A stretch of DNA of 47,198 nucleotides from a virus (taxonomy: Duplodnaviria; Caudoviricetes): the IMG/VR virus record IMGVR_UViG_3300033562_000166, positions 1-47,198 of that record; one strand, 5' to 3'. Positions 44,561-47,198 of this stretch are shown here, piece by piece. Position numbers and translations under genes: made by a program. The notes under the pieces are model-generated. The model was not told the origin of the DNA. It did no database searches and saw nothing but the letters and a program-made list of their open reading frames with translations. Numbering within the stretch: the stretch's first letter is position 1; every line of letters starts with the position of its first letter.

Positions 44561-47198
44561 ATGAATACAGACAACGGAGCATTGAGCTTTGACGCTTACA
44601 TAAATAACAGTCAATTCAAGCGTCAAGTTGACGAAATGGAAAGGCGAATAAAAGGTTTATCAAACACTACTGTGGCCGAAAGCAAAAATATGGAGGGCGC
44701 TTTCTCTAAAGTTGGTGGACTCGCCGCTGGATATTTCGGAACTCAGGCACTAACTGGATTCGTTAAGGAGCTTGTAAGTGTTCGAGGAGAATTTCAACAA
44801 CTCGGAATAGCCTTTGAAGTGATGCTTGGCAGTAAAGAGAAGGCCGATGCAATGATGGCTCAACAGATTGAATTTGCAGCCAAAACGCCATATACACTTA
44901 CAGAGGTAGCAACCAACACAAAGCAGTTGATGGCTATGGGTGTGGCTACCGAAGACGTAATGAAGACGATGAAAGCACTTGGCGATGTGTCGGCTGGTGT
45001 TTCCGTTCCTATTTCGAGAGTGGCTATCAACTACGGTCAGGTTATGACACTCGGAAAGCTACAAGGGCGTGAGATTCGCGACTTTGCCATGGCTGGTATT
45101 CCTATCATTGAACAGTTAGGTAAGAGCCTCGGAAAAACAAAATCCGAAATTCTTGAAATGTCGGAAGCTGGACAAATTACAGCCCAGATGACAACCGACG
45201 CTTTTATGGCAATGGCAGGTGAGGGCGGAAAGTTCCAAAACATGATGGAGCGACAAAATGCATCCGTTACTGGTCAGTTATCTAACCTTCAGGACAAAAT
45301 AGCTGTAATGCTAAACGAGATAGGGACTGCTAATGAGGGCATGATTTACAGCCTTATTTCGGGAACTGCAAGTGTCGTTGAAAACTACGAGCAGATAGTT
45401 GACGCTATAATTCCCATAGTGGCAGCTTATGGAGCTTACAAGGCCGCAGTGATGGCGGCTTGGGCAGTACAGAAAGTAACAGCTATAAGTGACAGCACTA
45501 GACTTATGATGATGTTTAGGAAGGAAATTGGACTGGCAACGGCAGCTCAACAAGCTTTCAACATAACAGCAATGAAAAATCCGTATGCGCTTGCGTCGGC
45601 TGCAATAATTGGTGTCGTTTCCGCTTTGTATATGTTTGTCGATACGACAAGCGAGGCCGAAAAAACGCAAAGCAAGTTTAATGAGGCTATGGATGAAGCC
45701 GACAATAAGATTAATGATGAAAAAAGTAGTGTTACAGGCTTAATATCTGTAATTAATGACGAGAATTTAAGTCGTGAATATCGAAATAAAAAGCTCAAAG
45801 AATTAATCGCTTTAAGCCCCGAACACCTTAATAGCCTTAATCTCGAGAACATCAAAACAACAGAGGGCAAAACAGCAATTGATGCTTATGTAGAATCACT
45901 TGAAAAGAAAATAAAACTTGAAGCCTTAGACAGTCAGTTAAAAGAAAGCATTTCACGAACAAATGAGGCAAAATCAGGAAAACAAAACGTTGGATTCTTT
46001 GAAAAGGCGGCAGCTGCCATGGCTTCGACTGGGGCGGCTCAGGGCGGCAACAACCTTTCTTATTCCGAGATGGTAAAAGGGTTTAGCGATGCCAATAATA
46101 AAGAAATTATCGAAGCCGAATCGGTAGTGCAAAATTCCATAAAACAGCAAATGGCTGACATTATGGGTGTCGGAGAGGCAAAGAAACAAGACCTAAAAAC
46201 AGTATCTCAACAAATAGCAGATAACCTTAAAGCTCAAAAAACTGCTGAAGCTGAAATAAAAAAAATGCGTCAAAGCAGTTCGACTGCAACATCGGAAGAC
46301 ATCAAAGGGCAAGAAGATGTGCTTAAAAAACTTAAAGACCAATACGCAACGCTTACAGGCGAAAAGAAAGGCGGTAAGGGAAGCAAAGATACGGCGGCAG
46401 ATGATTTTGAAAAAGCACGACTTGAAGCTATTGAGAACGCATATAAGGCTGAACTTGATGCTAAAAAAACACTCGTTAATGACAAAAAAGAGCTGAACAG
46501 ACTTGAATACGAAGATAATTTAAAATCAATCAATGAGCAGGAATCCGCTTATAAGTTAGCAGCAAAAAAAGCAGGTGTAAAAAACCCTGACTTGTCGAGT
46601 TTTACGCGTATGAAATCGGCAGCTAAAACGATGTACGATTCATCTAATCAGCAAGTCGACAATGAGCAACTGAAAAATGACAATGACAATGTATTCCAAC
46701 AAGCGATTAAGGAGTACGAAAAACTCAAAGACTTAAAGAAAAAGTATACGGATGAAATAACTCTCATCGACGAAGAGTACAACGCAGAACTTGCTCTTTT
46801 GCAAGGCGACCAATACGCTAAGGAGCGTGATGCTGCCAAGGTCGCAAGAGATGCGAAAGTGAGTGCTGTTACTGAGGGATTAATCGCCGAAAGTGATGCT
46901 TACAAACTCGCTACCGACGACCAACTTCAGGCATCAAAAGCGACTACTGAAAAGCTTATTGCAGATATTAAAGCAAGGATTGAAGCGGAGCTTGCGGCTG
47001 GAAGGATTTCAAGCGAAACGGCAAAGAAAATGCTTGCAGATGTAAATCAAGCACAATCCAATGTTCAAGGAGATAAGAACCAAAACAACCCTTTTGCACA
47101 GCTTGGGGCGGCAATAAGCGGCAATAAAACGGCTAAATCAGATTTAAAGGCCGGTAGGGAAAGGCTTGCTGGAGTAGATACGCCAGAGGCAACAGCAG
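44561..47198 (+). CDS. Tail tape measure protein, N-terminal part (continues at base 15)
   Basis: ATG at 44561; FQQLGIAFEVMLGSKEKA..FAAKTPY..LGDVSAG..YGQV tape-measure domain; no stop before the window end. Confidence 0.9.
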   Translation, partial: MNTDNGALSFDAYINNSQFKRQVDEMERRIKGLSNTTVAESKNMEGAFSKVGGLAAGYFGTQALTGFVKELVSVRGEFQQLGIAFEVMLGSKEKADAMMAQQIEFAAKTPYTLTEVATNTKQLMAMGVATEDVMKTMKALGDVSAGVSVPISRVAINYGQVMTLGKLQGREIRDFAMAGIPIIEQLGKSLGKTKSEILEMSEAGQITAQMTTDAFMAMAGEGGKFQNMMERQNASVTGQLSNLQDKIAVMLNEIGTANEGMIYSLISGTASVVENYEQIVDAIIPIVAAYGAYKAAVMAAWAVQKVTAISDSTRLMMMFRKEIGLATAAQQAFNITAMKNPYALASAAIIGVVSALYMFVDTTSEAEKTQSKFNEAMDEADNKINDEKSSVTGLISVINDENLSREYRNKKLKELIALSPEHLNSLNLENIKTTEGKTAIDAYVESLEKKIKLEALDSQLKESISRTNEAKSGKQNVGFFEKAAAAMASTGAAQGGNNLSYSEMVKGFSDANNKEIIEAESVVQNSIKQQMADIMGVGEAKKQDLKTVSQQIADNLKAQKTAEAEIKKMRQSSSTATSEDIKGQEDVLKKLKDQYATLTGEKKGGKGSKDTAADDFEKARLEAIENAYKAELDAKKTLVNDKKELNRLEYEDNLKSINEQESAYKLAAKKAGVKNPDLSSFTRMKSAAKTMYDSSNQQVDNEQLKNDNDNVFQQAIKEYEKLKDLKKKYTDEITLIDEEYNAELALLQGDQYAKERDAAKVARDAKVSAVTEGLIAESDAYKLATDDQLQASKATTEKLIADIKARIEAELAAGRISSETAKKMLADVNQAQSNVQGDKNQNNPFAQLGAAISGNKTAKSDLKAGRERLAGVDTPEATA
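47185..47198. repeat. Terminal direct repeat / circular overlap (copy 2)
   Basis: Identical to bases 1-14. Confidence 0.9.

Overview
This window looks like one complete, circularly permuted siphovirus-type phage genome of about 47,184 bp. Bases 47185-47198 repeat bases 1-14, and the tape measure ORF runs in frame across the join. The host is probably a Bacteroidota species, judged from TAnnTTTG promoters, a BACON domain and PcfJ/PcfK-like genes. Gene order is tail, lipoprotein moron, lysis, attP, early regulators, recombination/replication, packaging, a 9-kb antisense accessory block, head, neck and tail. All protein calls come from recalled motifs and gene order, not database searches. Five signals stand out. 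(1) A putative small RNA next to attP has a hairpin loop (AGUUGCGG) complementary to CCGCAAC, a motif found within about 15 nt of nine start codons. (2) Six integron attC-like sites separate gene cassettes whose ORFs point against the attC polarity, and no integron integrase is encoded. (3) The lysogeny module appears deleted: attP and arm repeats remain, the repressor is a 29-aa stub and no integrase is visible. (4) Eleven copies of a palindromic operator, GTATYA-N3-TRATAC, sit at fixed positions relative to promoters. (5) An inverted second copy of the replication-origin repeats lies 22 kb from the rep gene.
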